Below are positions 26,934 through 40,559 of a DNA stretch of 64,000 nt, in pieces. The notes under the pieces are model-generated. The model was not told the DNA's origin, did not search any database, and saw nothing but the letters and a program-made list of their open reading frames with translations. Positions within the stretch are counted from its first letter, which is position 1, and every line of letters starts with the position of its first letter. The stretch comes from Octopus bimaculoides (Eukaryota), in assembly GCF_001194135.2 (NCBI RefSeq), contig NC_068998.1:2202433-2266432 (forward strand). The letters are read 5' to 3'. Position numbers and translations under genes: made by a program.

Positions 26934-28666
26934 TTGTTGTGGTGGTTGTTGTTGTTGTTTTTAGAATTGTAACTTGTAGCAACTGTCAATCATTGTAGAA
27001 ACAACAGTAACTACCCCCACTATGGTGGGGGAGGGGGTGACAAGGACTGGCAACTGTGACTGCACACACACACACACTCGCATGTGCATTTAAACATATA
27101 CATGTGTGTGCATATATTTGTGTGTGTGTATATATATGTGTGTGTGTGTGTGTGTATACAATTTCTAGCAGATTGTTTGACTATAGTAGTTTATAGATAT
27201 ATGTGTGTGTGTGTGTGCATTTATATATATCATCATCATCAGCAGCATCGTTGTTTAACATCTGCTTTCCATGCTGGCATGGGTTGGATGGTTTGACTGA
27301 GGACTGATGAATCAGATGGCTACACTAGGCTCCAATCTGATCTGGCAAGGTTTCTACAGCTGGATGCCTTTCCTAATGCCAACCACTCCAAGAGTGTAAT
27401 GGGTGCTTTTATGTGCCACCAGCACGAGTGCCATTTGCGTGACACTGGTATCTGCCACAACTGTGATTTTGCCTAAGTTTAATCTTNNNNNNNNNNCCAC
27501 CCCAAAAAAACGTGTTACCATATTTCTACTGAAATATACTCATCATCATCATCATCATCATCATCATCTAATGTCTGTTTTCTATACTGGTTTGAGTTTG
27601 ATGGGTTGACAGGGGCTGGAGAGCTGCATCAGGCTCCATTGGTTTGTTTTGTCATGGTTTCTACAGCTGGATGCCCTTCCTGATGCGAACCATTTTACAG
27701 AGTGGACTGAGTCCTTTTGACATGATACTTTACATTAAATTTAATTTTGAAAATAATGAAGAATTTAGAAAAATAATTGTAATTATTCAATTGGGTTTGG
27801 AACATTAACACTAAATTTTGATGGAAGGTTAAAATTTAGATCATTTAAGAAAAAACAAAAAAAACACAAGTTTGTCATAGAACCAGGAGGGGTGATTATA
27901 GGTGGGTTGGCATCAAAAAGATTAAACTTGCAACAGACACACACACACACACACTCAGAATGAGATCTGCTGCTAAATCTGTTTTCAACTTTAAGACTTT
28001 TATAGAAAAGCAATTTCTTATCCTTCTTCACATTTATTCTTCTGACATTACCAAAATTACATTTACAATAAGCTGGAGTGGACAACAAGATAATTAATGC
28101 CTATCTTGCGTATATTATACCACTACTAATTATAGTTATTATATCAATAAATACTAATTAGGTTATATAATGATGGTCATTATTTAACAAGTCTACTCTG
28201 TATGTGATACAAACGCTGTGTAGACTCTCGCTTTCTCTCTTTCTCTTGATTTTACTTCTGAGCAATTTTTGTGGAAAGAATGATAATTATGTAGTTAGAG
28301 GTTTTTGGAATTCAGAAGTAAAATAAAGACACTTGGTACCAGAGAAAGGTGGCTGGTTGTAGAAGATGATATTATTTAACAGTCTTTCAAAATCTTTGTA
28401 TATTGTTTCTTGACGGTTTTTTTGTTTGTTTGAAATAACTGCCTGTGTAATGATACCGAGAGATGGAATAACCATGTTTGTAATGTTATAAATTGAAATG
28501 ATTCTTTGTAATGATATAGAAGGCTGGAATGACTGTCTTTGTAATGATGTAGAGGGTTGGATTTGATTTGATCCCTAATCCATACAACATCTGTCTATCT
28601 CCCTTCTACCATGTTTTGATCTGCATTCACCATCTCCATCTATTTCCCTCCCACTCAATCTTCCAG

Positions 28667-28783
28667 GTTCCCAAATCTGAAGCACAAAAACAAGAAGCAA
28701 TGGAATGGCATTATGGTGATCTAACACAGGCCAGTTACCGAACCCAGGTGGCTGGAGGGGTAGTTTGTAAAATTGCTCAGGAG
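28667..28783 (+). CDS. PLEKHA1/2: TAPP coding exon 5, linker
   Basis: ttccag|VPKSEAQKQEAMEWHYGDLTQASYRTQVAGGVVCKIAQE|gtcagt; 117 nt; keeps the TAPP VPK and SYRT..VGGV motifs. Confidence 0.92.
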
Positions 28784-29360
28784 GTCAGTTCAAATTTTAT
28801 TATTATTATTTTATGTTTGACTTTTGCTTTGCATTTGTACAAGTTGGCTCCAAGTCTCACCCAGAGACCTCAAGAGACAGTGTTTGTTTTAAAATTTGAG
28901 ATTACATAGACAGTATTTTACATAGGATATGGGCAGTTCCCATGAACACTATCTTTTGAATTTCTGCCATTTTGGGGTTTCCTGGTATCTGAGCTAGGTA
29001 GCAATCCCCCCATTGCTATCATCTAATATTTCAATTCTGCAGAATGGAATACCAAAATAAATCTAGTAATTGCTTGAGAAATTAGCAGAAACACAGCTTC
29101 TAAAATATGTTAAATGTAGATTCGATGCCTTGTCATGTCAACAACCGACCAGCAAGAAATATGTTGCTGTTGTTTTATTGTTGTTTCAACCATTTATTTA
29201 TTGGAAAATTACCTTTTCAATATGTGACCAATGATGTTACATATTTCTGTCTAAATAACGTGGGAATATACAAGAAATTTCTTTATTAAATGTTGTTGTT
29301 GTAAACTTTCAAAAGCAACAAAGTTGTTTTCTAGTTGTTTCATAATATCTAATTACACAG

Positions 29361-29480
29361 ACAAACCCTGACGAGTTAAGTGGAAGTGCTGATAGTGATG
29401 ATAATGTCTCCGGCCGAGGTACCCCAGCTTGCCATCTCGCAGCTCACAAGTCTGGTTATGCTGTCAAGCAGGGAGCTGTG
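29361..29480 (+). CDS. PLEKHA1/2: TAPP coding exon 6, start of PH2
   Basis: acacag|TNPDELSGSADSDDNVSGRGTPACHLAAHKSGYAVKQGAV|gtaagt; 120 nt; TAPP KAGYCVKQGAV. Confidence 0.93.
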
Positions 29481-29546
29481 GTAAGTTCATCCGAAATGTA
29501 AACATGTCATCTTATCAATTTCAAAACCTTTCTGTGACAGCAGGAC

Positions 29547-29633
<87 letters not shown>

Positions 29634-29963
29634 ATCATCATCATCGTTTAACGTCCGTTTTCCATGCTGGCATGGGTTGGACGGTTCGACTGGGGTCTGC
29701 AAAAGCCAGGAGGCTGCACCAGGCTCCAGTCTGATCTGGCAATGTTTCTACAGCTGGATGCCCTTCCTAATGCCCCACACTCTGAGAGTGTGGTGGGTGC
29801 TTTTTACATGCCACTGGCACTGGAGCCAGAGGGGGCTGGCATTGACCATGATTGGATCTGTCAAGCAGTCCAACTCATACCAGCATGGAAAATGGATGTT
29901 AAATGATGATGCTGATGATGATTATTATTATTATTATTATTATTATTTTCCTAATCTCTTTAG

Positions 29964-30032
29964 CGGAAAAGCTGGAAACGGAGGTTTTTTGTACTCACAG
30001 ATCAAGGAATTTCATACTATCAATCAGAACAA
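29964..30032 (+). CDS. PLEKHA1/2: TAPP coding exon 7, PH2 basic phosphoinositide-binding loop
   Basis: ctttag|RKSWKRRFFVLTDQGISYYQSEQ|gtaagt; 69 nt; same RKSWKRRFF as TAPP2 (recalled). Confidence 0.95.
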
Positions 30033-30469
30033 GTAAGTTTTTAATTATTTTCTGTAATTAGGAATTTGTCTTTTTTTTTTATTGTTTGTAATTTAAGAGT
30101 TTTTTTCAGTATTCTTTTAACTATTCTTCTTGTGGTGAGTAAAGGCACTTTATTGTATGTGTTCAAGTTCTGCCTAGATAGACTTTACCATTCTTCTTTC
30201 TACTGATGATAAAATAATGTACCAGTCATATACTAGTGTTGATACAATTAATGCAACCGTCCCCACTTCAAAAATCTGCAGCCTTGGGCTAATCTTGGCA
30301 GTGGATGGACAGAATTAGTAAGGTTCCAGGAAAAGATACCTTGTGGATTTTGTTGTGGCCCTATTGTGGAAAGTAAATGTTTTAAGATTTGGGAAAATTC
30401 TCTCCAGAAAGAGAATCTTCAACCAGATTCAAATCTGAGTCTTATAAGATGTTATCCTTGTATTTAAGA

Positions 30470-30640
30470 TGCAACCCTTGTGTCTAAAACATGACATTTG
30501 TTGTATCTAGACCCTTACTATGTCTTAAGACAAAACCCTTGCTGTGTACATGTGGAAACTCTTGCTGCATCCAAGATGTGATCTTTGCTGCATCTGAGGC
30601 AAGACCCTTGTTGTGTCCAAGGTGAGACCCTTGTTGCCTC
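30470..30640. repeat. Degenerate ~22-bp minisatellite in TAPP intron 7
   Basis: Units resembling gacccttgttgtgtccaaggtga recur about 7 times. Confidence 0.65.
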
Positions 30641-31329
30641 TATATTGATACATCACTACCAGGTTTAATATTAAAAGTCAGTGTGTTGGTGCAAACTGTA
30701 GGAAACTGGACTTCAGTGCTTGGAAGTATTTAGTTTTATCTCTCCCTGTTCTGACTTCAGTAAAATGATGACCCCTTATAAGCCAGTACAGTCCACTGAC
30801 CATACCTGTTCCTCTGTAAACACTTCTGACAAATCAAATAGCTATAAAAAACAAACAAACAACTGATTTATGTTGTTGCTATTGATCCAGCTTATCTTTT
30901 ACTATATTACCAAATATATCCTTTCTTTTGTAGGGTATTATTTGAGATGTTTCACTGCCATTTCTAGCTAGATCAAGTGAATGCATAGAGGCTTCCTTGT
31001 TCAGGTAGTCAAATAACTGAAATGATATTGTGGTAGTTGTGAGGTATTGGGAGTGGGGGGTGGGGTGGAAGGATAGGGTCTAAGCAGAGAGACCCTTCTG
31101 GGGCTGATAAAATAAAGTACCAGTTAAATACTGGTGTTAATACAATAAACAACTACTATTTTGGTTTTATGACTATATTCGAAATAATTATAATAGTTTG
31201 CTTTTATTACCATATTATCTGTGTGTGTGTAATAAACAGAAAACTGTATCTTGTGTGGCATTTATTATTCCTGATATTGTTCCTCCATAAATATCTCTTT
31301 AACTTCTCTTCTCTTGCCATTTCTTTCAG

Positions 31330-31391
31330 TCACTGTCTCCAATACGAACAATACCTAAAAATAATCTACTAGAAGTTAAAAAGTCAATTGC
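31330..31391 (+). CDS. PLEKHA1/2: TAPP coding exon 8
   Basis: tttcag|SLSPIRTIPKNNLLEVKKSI+GC|gtaagt; 62 nt, phase 0-2; corresponds to EPLRVIPLKEVHKV. Confidence 0.88.
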
Positions 31392-32174
31392 GTAAGTAGA
31401 CACATTGTCTCTTCTTGTCTCCATTGATCTTCTACTGCACCCTTCACTCTCTCACTCCCCGCTTCTTCCTCTCTCACTCCCCTCTTCTTCCCCTCTCACT
31501 CCCCTCTTCTTCCCCTCTCACTCCCCTCTTCTTCCTCTCTCACTCTCCGCTTCTCTGTTACTCTTTCTCTCTTATATATTGTGATTCCGTATTTCTATGT
31601 GTGAGAGAGACTTTTCACATTGTCACCATTATCTGGTCAACTGTATTCATCAGTGAATAAAAACAGGTTTATCAAATAATCGCTTAACATGAATGATGCA
31701 GTGGAGAAAGAAAAGCCATTGGATTTGGTTAAAAGAGACAATGAGCAAAGGCTTGAAGAATATTGAGCAAAACCTAGGGACCAATTGATCTAACGAGCAG
31801 GGCCTCATCTCAGTGAGTGGGTCTGGTGTGTATTGAGAGGAAGGCCCTGAAATGGCACACATTCTCTCTTAATGACCCCCATAACGTGTACTAGCACCCA
31901 ATATGTGGAGCTTTCAACTGGTAACACTTGCAGCTGCAAGTTGTTTGCAAATAATAACGATCATGATGAAAGGCTTTGTTTTGAGTTCAAATCCAACTGA
32001 GGCTAACTTCATGCTTCATCCTTCTGGAGGTGGGTAGGTGGGGGGTCAATAAAATAAAATACCAGTCAGATACTGAGGTCAATCTAATCCTGCCCACCAC
32101 CTTTCACAAAACTTGCTGACCATCTGCTTAAATTAGAAACAATTATTATTGTTATTTTTTGTAATTTGTTCCAG

Positions 32175-32238
32175 GACACACCTTGACAGAGATAACCTAT
32201 TTGAAATAATTACCTCAAAGAGAACATTCTATGTCCAG
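32175..32238 (+). CDS. PLEKHA1/2: TAPP coding exon 9
   Basis: ttccag|G+THLDRDNLFEIITSKRTFYVQ|gtaagt; 64 nt, phase 2-0; TAPP RDNLFEIVTTSRTFYVQ. Confidence 0.96.
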
Positions 32239-32394
32239 GTAAGTGACCAACTGACCAGACTGCTTTACTATCCATTTAGATCAGCACTAACCAAAATAAA
32301 ATAAAAATATGAAAACAAATTTTCTTAGAGAAGAGTCAGTCATTAAAGGAGCTTCTGGATGGTGGCTTAATATGCTAAAAATAGCAGCTAAATG

Positions 32395-32700
32395 TCAAAG
32401 ATGTATCAGAAAAACTGATATTCTGTCAGTTATCAAGGTTTCCTGTGGATGTGATGAATGGGACAGCCTGCTTGCGAAATGAATGTGTAAGTGGCTGAGT
32501 ACTCCACAGACATGAGAAACCTTAATGTAGTTCTCAGGGAGATTCAGCATGACACAGAGTGTGACGAGGCTGGCCCCTTTGAAATACAGGTACAACTCAT
32601 TTTTACCAGCTGAGTAAACTGGAGCAATGTGAAATAAAGTGTCTTGCTCAAAGACAGAACGTGCTGCTGGGAATTGAACTCCTGACCTTACAATCATGAG
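32395..32700 (-). mobile_element. tRNA-derived SINE
   Basis: Reverse strand has a B-box (ggagttcaattcc). A collinear partial copy lies at 62180-62325. Confidence 0.8.
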
Positions 32701-33305
32701 TTAAGCATCTTCATATATTAGATAATGTGTTCCTAGATACACTCTGCATGAAAAAATTGCAATATATACATGATGTCTGTGACTTAAAGACGAACACTTC
32801 TTATTTAGAACCAACTAATTATTCTGGCGAAAAGAAGATAAGACCAACAAGTTGTTTTCGTAATTCCTGATGCCACTAGAATATGGAACCAATAATTGTT
32901 TGATGACAATCTAGCACCTCAAGAATATGAGACTGACAAATTGTTTTCATGGCACCACAAAATATAGGGACCAATAATTGTTTTGGTAATTGTTGATACA
33001 AGAACAGGACTTACAAGTTGGTCTGTTGATTCTTGGCATCACAATAAATTGGCAAACCAACAAGAAATCTTTTACAAGGTCCTCCCTCGATTTGTTAGGA
33101 ATTGCAGCTAAATCCTTTAGCATCTTGGTGGGGTGGGCACATTGGATAATGTAGTTGAAGACATAGTAAAGCAGGCCAGATGGTCATGACTGTTATTGGT
33201 CATGGCTGACCTAGGGCTAAACAGCAACAACTAACCCTTAAAAAGGGGTTATCGAGATATTTTCTTCATGTGATGTGGATTTCTCTCCTCCATTTTCGTT
33301 CTCAG

Positions 33306-33386
33306 GCAGATTCTCCAACAGATATGAGCAGCTGGATTGATGCGATACAAAAACTCCTTAAAACTATTAAATGTGAAGAACGAAAG
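33306..33386 (+). CDS. PLEKHA1/2: TAPP coding exon 10, end of PH2
   Basis: tctcag|ADSPTDMSSWIDAIQKLLKTIKCEERK|gtaaga; 81 nt; TAPP ADSPEEMHSWIKAV. Confidence 0.95.
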
Positions 33387-33437
33387 GTAAGACAACTTTT
33401 TTAGGCACCACTACCATTTATCAAAACACATAACCTA

Positions 33438-33473
<36 letters not shown>

Positions 33474-35322
33474 TAAGAAGGGTATAGAAGGGCTGTAGGG
33501 GGACATCTAAAGAAACAACCCCCGTCTGTATACTTACTCCAGTCAGCATCCAACCAAAGCTGTTCTACCATTTTCCCTCCCTTTTCATTCCTTTAAGAAT
33601 TTCTGATTTAAAACTTAGTTTTAGTAGATTCTGTTTTTATTCTTAAGACGTAGGAATTGTTTTCTGCTCTTAAGTGACATGTNNNNNNNNNNNNNNNNNN
33701 NNNNNNNNNNNNNNNNNNNNNNNNNNNNNNNNNNNNNNNNNNNNNNNNNNNNNNNNNNNNNNNNNNNNNNNNNNNNNNNNNNNNNNNNNNNNNNNNNNNN
33801 NNNNNNNNNNNNNNNNNNNNNNNNNNNNNNNNNNNNNNNNNNNNNNNNNNNNNNCACCACCACCACCACCGTTGTCACCATTGCATTTGCACCCATCATC
33901 GTCATCACCACATTTCTCCCCACTCCATTATCATAATTAGCATCACATTCGTCATCACTGCATTCATCATTACAGTTATCATTACCACCACATTCATGCC
34001 CCCATTATCATCATTACATTCATCACCATCATATTCACACCTGTCATCATCATTACCCCATTCATTGTCGTCATCATAATCATCATCAATATATCCACCA
34101 CCACCACCAATGCTTCTAAAAGATTAAAGAAAATAAATACATTTTGTCTCCACTGTTTAGTTATTACTTAACTGCAATCATTATCATCGTCATCACTATT
34201 ATTAATTTATTCAACAATTAACAGGAAATTTAGTTAAGACATTTTCTCTCTCTCTCTGCAACCCACCTATTCCCTTCTATCCCCTACCTGGACCAATCTT
34301 CTACTAATTAATAGTTTATTTAGCGGATATTTTATTATTTAGATGTTTGTGAAGTCATTAGTGAGAAAACTCTGCCCATGCAGATGGACGCAACATAAAT
34401 CTGTCTTTGCCACAAACAAACACACAGAAATTCCATTGGAAATATCAGTCAAATCTCCATCAATATCACACCCTACATAATAAGAGGAAGGACACTTTGT
34501 GTATCTAGGACTACATTATTGAATGTCTGATAATATGATGGGATGGCTGCAGTTGGATTGTCTTTGATCATAAGTCCTGAGCTGGCAACAAACCAATACA
34601 GACATGACCACCCATGGAGACGAAGCAAATAAATGCGTAAAACGGCTTTGGAAATAGTTTTGCTCTTCTTTATTTGAACAAAACAACAAATTTGATTTGT
34701 TTTGTTTTTCTTTGTATGTTTTATTTGTTATTTCAGCTTTCCACGACTAAATTAACAGCCACGTCTGGCTTGTGGTCATTATTCCTGTTTTACTTTTAAC
34801 ACAAGTCTTTAAAATGGTAACTTAAATTAATTTTTTAGGAGAATAAGTGTGGCTGTGTGGTTAAGAACCCTGCTTCCCAACCATGTGGTTATTGGGTTCA
34901 GTACTGCTGGGTGGAACCATGAGCAAGTGTTATCTATTTATAGTCCCCAGCTGACCAAATCCTTGTGAGTAGATTTGGCAGGTGGAAGCTGTAAGTTTGA
35001 CTCAGGGTCAGCAATTTTAAAGGGTAGGTTCAGGTTTATTATGTTAAACCCCAATATTCAAAGATAATAATAATAATAATAATAGAAAAACCCTATCAAT
35101 TTAGATATTTGTGTTGTATGATATGGAGGTATTTCTTTACTGCTCTCACCACTTCCCCTTGCCAAGCTTTCAGTTATATTTCAACATCTCTTGACCGTCA
35201 CTGGCCGTAGGACACTGCATGTGTCCCAGCAAATGACTGCATCAAACATGCAGATCAACAACTAACAATGCAATTCTGTTAATTTCATTGTGCAGTGATT
35301 CCCTTCTGTTTTCTATTTTCAG

Positions 35323-35391
35323 TCTATGCAAGATGGCAGTAATAAAACTCCAAATTATGATATGGAAGTTGTCTATCCGAAGGGCCAGTGG
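35323..35391 (+). CDS. Candidate TAPP exon 11
   Basis: Strong acceptor ttctattttcag and donor gtatga; open in phase 0-0: SMQDGSNKTPNYDMEVVYPKGQW. Read-through of the donor gives ...GQWV-stop. No recognisable homology. Confidence 0.55.
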
Positions 35392-35837
35392 GTATGAACA
35401 CAATCCTCCACAAAGCATGAACCTCTTTTATCTGTCTGTAAATGGTGAATTCAGCCTGGCCAAAATCTTGTCTTTGCCTAGCATTCAATCCTTTCTCCTC
35501 TCTAAAACTGCATCTTCCTTTCAGCATGTTGCTTTTTATCTTTTTCTTTTAAATTTTTATAATTTTTATAATTTTTGTATAATTTTCTCATCTGTATTGT
35601 TGCCAGCAACACGCAGGTCCTCAAAACCTTGCTTGCTCTTCGTTTTTCCTTCATGTGCATAAACATATATACTTACATAAACACATGCATAACACATATA
35701 CATAGTTATATATACTTACACACATGCATATACATACTGTATTTGATGGTATATAAGACATGCTTTTTCCTAAAAAAAAAAAATTCTTTTAAATCACCTC
35801 AGATCCTATATGCTTAGTCAAGCCTACAATACATACT

Positions 35838-36051
35838 TTAACCCTTAATCAGCCATAATCATCCCAAATATTCTACCTGTTTTAGGCTCAAATAGGCCAG
35901 ATTTGGCCCCTTACACTTACCCTACACTGTTGTTCTAAAAATAACCATGTCATTAAAATTTCGAGGCTATGAGATAATCCAGGATTAATTCAAAACAATG
36001 AATAAATAAGGATTATATTTGACAGAGTAATCTGAATGTAGAAAGGGTTAA
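35838..36051 (+). mobile_element. piggyBac-like MITE
   Basis: ttaaccctt...aaagggttaa termini with TTAA at both ends. Confidence 0.8.
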
Positions 36052-37804
36052 TGCAATGGAAAACACTTCTTGATTTGTACGTCTGGAATCGGTCTTAGTT
36101 CAATATATCCGTGTCTTTTATGCTATCAAATACATACAAACAAAAACACATCTTTGCCTTAGCAGCAATGTCAAAAATGGACAAAAGAACTTAAAATACA
36201 TTATACATACATTTACTCACCAATATATAGTCACCCATGTATACATCTGTAATAAGGTTTATATAATGTTATACCCCTATTGCTTACATATATACACACA
36301 CATGCATAATACGTGTACACAAATGTCAGTTTTTAACTTTTTAAAATAAATTTTAATAAAATAAAACAAACTTGAGAGTTGTATTTGTGTGGCAAGTGAG
36401 TTGATCTGAGAATGTTTGAAACTGAAGGAATTACATCATGGAAGAACTATTTTAAATGTTTAAGACAACACACAGAAAGAAATTCTTAAATTCTTTTACA
36501 TTTAATTTTCTGTAAGTATCAAAAAATTTCATCACACCACTGTGACCAGGTCCATGATACAATTTGTATGAGGAAAATTTTGATACCAAGAAATAAATGG
36601 AAAGCAAATTTAATAAATTTTGCATGTATCTTTTTTTAATATGGTTAAAATGTTTCTTTCATGATGCAATTATAAAATAAATAAACTAAACTAAAAAAAA
36701 AAAAACTTAAATAGGTCTCCTGCTGTAAATTTTCTATAAAAATGGAAAAAGATGTGATTTCAAGAATAAACAATTTTATTCCTTCAGCAAAAATGATATT
36801 TTTACAGATGGAGGCTTTGAGATCAACACAGAAATACACCATCTAATAGCAGTAAACAGAGGAACATGTTGGCACAACCATTCCAACATTTTCCTCTAAT
36901 TTACTACCATTATATATATGTTATGTGATTTGACTATAATATATACATTCTCTGAGTGGTTGGCGTTAGGAAGGGCATCCAGCTGTAGAAACTCTGCCAA
37001 ATCAGACTGGAGCCTGGTGTTGCCATCCGGTTTCACCAGTCCTCAGTCAAATCGCCCAGCCCATGCTAGCATGGAAAGCGGACGTTAAACGATGATGATG
37101 ATGATGATGATGATATACATTATATGATTCTATGTTGTTATTTTTAAGANNNNNNNNNNNNNNNNNNNNNNNNNNNNNNNNNNNNNNNNNNNNNNNNNNN
37201 NNNNNNNNNNNNNNNNNNNNNNNNNNNNNNNNNNNNNNNNNNATCAGGATGCTTGACAAAGTATGACAATCTTCCTCTCCAACATTCCACCCACCCACAC
37301 ACATTCATACACACAACTGTTAGCTAATGAGAAAGCTTCTACTGAGTTGCTGAACCTTCTTGAAATAGCAGCCAAAACTTTTCCTCAAACTGTAGCAGCT
37401 TGAAAAAAAGATATATTTATAAAATTAAACAGAGGAGAAAACAAATTCAAAGGCCGATGTATCTATTCCTTTGATCCATATTAACGAAATCTCCATGGTA
37501 TACAAAGTACATACATAGATGCATTCATCTATATGATATATAAAAAATTTCTAAGAATTTATAAATGCATACATATACATGAAAATTTATAAAAATTCAT
37601 ACACATATAGGAATTTATAAACACATAAAAATTCATAAATATATAAAAAATGTAAGTCCATAAATGTACTTGGGAAGTCTGAATGTTCGAATTCGAATCA
37701 ATGAAGTGGATGATGAAACGGATGTAAAATGATTCATAAGGAGTCTGGAACATGTATAAGATCTATGTATAAAGTCTTATGGCCGTTTTGAAAAGATATA
37801 GGTT

Positions 37805-38275
37805 GCCATTTTCATAGAGGACCCTTCCTCGTCACCAGTCACTATTCGGTCCAAAAAAGGCTCATTTGTGAGATGTGACTGCAAAGAACACACATTCACT
37901 CTCTGCATGTGATTAGACTAGGAAAGTCTGTGAGGAACCCATTGACCCAATTTGCTGACTTTTCCAATGACACACAGGTATTGATGAATGGTTGAATGAC
38001 CAAATGCCAGCTTCTCTGCGAGTTACAATGGGATTTTGTTCCACCAGGGTTAGCAGGACATCCTCGTCGAGCATTACAGACCTTCCAGGATGAGGGTCGT
38101 CTTCTAGGCTGTAGTTTCCGTCTCGGAATTTCCGGAGCCACCCATGACACTGGCTTATGCTTAATGTCTGATCCCCATATACTGCATTAATATTCCTTGC
38201 ACCATCCTTTGCATTGGTGACTTTACTGAACTCATAAAGTAAAATATGTTGAATATGTTCCTTTGTCCAGTACCA
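37805..38275 (-). mobile_element. 5' half of a mariner, same family as 7909-8870
   Basis: Reverse strand reads WTKEHIQHILLYEF...HLTNEPFLDRIVTGDE and is collinear with 8090-8510. Confidence 0.88.
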
Positions 38276-39736
38276 GATCGATCCTAAAATCTAATTAGTT
38301 CATGCCAGTCACGAGGCCAAACATCCCTGAAAGTTTCATCCAAATCCATCCAGTGGTTCTTGAGATATCTCATCCACGGACGAACAAACAAACAAACACA
38401 ACTGAAAACAACACCTCCGCCTTCGTTAATAATGGTCTCAAATTTTGGCACAAGACCAGCAATTTTAGGGGTGGGGTAAGTTGATTACATCAACCCCAGT
38501 GTTCAGCTGGTCCTTATTTCATCGACCCTGAAAGGATGAAAGGCAAAGTCGACCTCAGAACATAAAGTCGGAAGAAATGGCACTAAGCACTTTTTTCCGG
38601 TGTGGTAACGTTTCTGCCAACTCAAATAATAAATATTAAAGTATGACAAACACACGAATACATTACGTTCAGCAGTATAGGATATGAACAAATATCTGTA
38701 ATACACTGGGGAAGACAGAGTCAACTGTAGAAGTACTTTTCTCACTGAAAAGAAATCAGTTTTAGAATAGAAATGGTATTGAGAAGAATGGACTGCATGG
38801 AAACTTCTTAAAACGTTTCATTTAATTACCATTGTTAATTCCATCAAGGAAGGCATGAATGTTACTTAATCACATTCTCTTTAAAAGATGAAGCTTATCC
38901 ATTAGAAATGTAAATACAAAGCTTAAAATTCAAAATTGAAATAAATTTTAATTTTAAATTTCATACAATTCATATTATATTTTAAGGTTCTTAATTCTAA
39001 AATTCAAAATATTACATTTAAATTTTAGATTCAAAATGTCATATTTAAATTTTTAATTTCTGGAATTAGAAATTTAAAACAAGAAACTTGGAATTTTATA
39101 GATTAGGTATATTTTTTAAATATCTTTATTGTGTTGTTATATTTTCAAAGTGAACAAGTTTCGAGTGGAACAAAACAAAAATAATGTCAGTTTATATTGA
39201 ATTGCTTTTGACATTTCCTGAAGAATTCTCAGAGTTCTTAAGACATTAGTCTCAAAAATTCTCCAAGTGAACATCACCACTTGTTGACATTTACCAATTA
39301 TGGAACAACAAAAACAGTAAGGTGGCACTTAAATGCTAGATATAGCAGCCAAAGTTTGCTAAAATCACATCTTATCTTGATTGAGATAACAAAGGTTTAA
39401 TCAGTATTATTAAAACCATTGCCAATTTGGGTGGCCGAGTGGTTAGGTTGTTGTATATAAGAGAATTTTATTCTAACAACTTTTCTCCATTTTTAACTAA
39501 ATTGATGAGTTTTATGGGACTTCTTTCCATAAATTCATCATATATATATATATATGCCTGAGGAAGGACATAAATATAAAATAAGGTGGAGAAAATAGTA
39601 CTCGACTACCAGAGGTAGAGTAATATGCTTTATTATTATTAAAGCTGCAAAGACATCACAAAACTGTTACTCAGAGTTTCATGTTTCCGTTTGTTGGACA
39701 GTTTTGTGATGTTTTTGCAGATTCAATAAAAAAAGA

Positions 39737-39773
<37 letters not shown>

Positions 39774-40076
39774 ATATTGCATACTCTCTTGTATTAGCTA
39801 TAATCATTGCTACTGTGTGCGTGTTTGGAGTAATTGACACAATAACATTTCACCTTTGAAACAAACTGAAATCAACGAAAAGTGATTCTCTATTTCAACA
39901 AAAACAAAGAGAAATATATAGAAAACAACAACAAAAGAAGAAATTAGAAAATGCCATTTTTACATCTTTCACGGAATTTCCTTAGAAACCACAAGTCATC
40001 ATTTCCACAGCAACAACATCAGCAACAAACATTTTTTCTTTTGTTTTTGCCATTTTTTTGCATGGTGATTTTCTAG

Positions 40077-40153
40077 AATGCTTTGCAATGTCTTCAAAGA
40101 GAAATCCCTGATTTCATGCCAACTTCCTCCAATATTTCCAGTAACAGAAACTA
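40077..40153 (+). CDS. Candidate C-terminal exon
   Basis: ttctag|NALQCLQREIPDFMPTSSNISSNRN+TA|gtattt; phase 0-2; weak donor, but it links in frame to the exon at 40462. Confidence 0.35.
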
Positions 40154-40461
40154 GTATTTTGTGCCATAACTTGCTGCTTTTATTTCCACGCCAACCATCT
40201 ACCACCACTACCCCAATTTACCATTCCTTGTAGCAAGCATGAAGTTAAATCATCTTCCCTGTTTGCATCTGGTCTACTAATTAAGCTCTTTTGATTGTGC
40301 CTGAGTTTATTATTATTATTATTATTAGTTTTTTACTTGTTTGTTTTTTTTTCTTTTCCCATTTATCCTTGCTTCCCCCCCCTTTACCGCCCCCCGTCCC
40401 TATGATTTTATCAACTGTATCACTGTCTCGACGACCAGACCACACTTTTGTTGTTTTCCAG

Positions 40462-40552
40462 TGATGCCACAAACCACTGGCTCAGAAGGCAGGCCACCAC
40501 CTCCCCTCGAACAGAATGCCAGTCTGTGACAGGGTTATCCAGTTGCAGCCAA
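40462..40552 (+). CDS. Candidate C-terminal exon
   Basis: ttgttttccag|T+DATNHWLRRQATTSPRTECQSVTGLSSCSQ|gtgaga; 91 nt, phase 2-0. Confidence 0.5.
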
Positions 40553-40559
40553 GTGAGAC

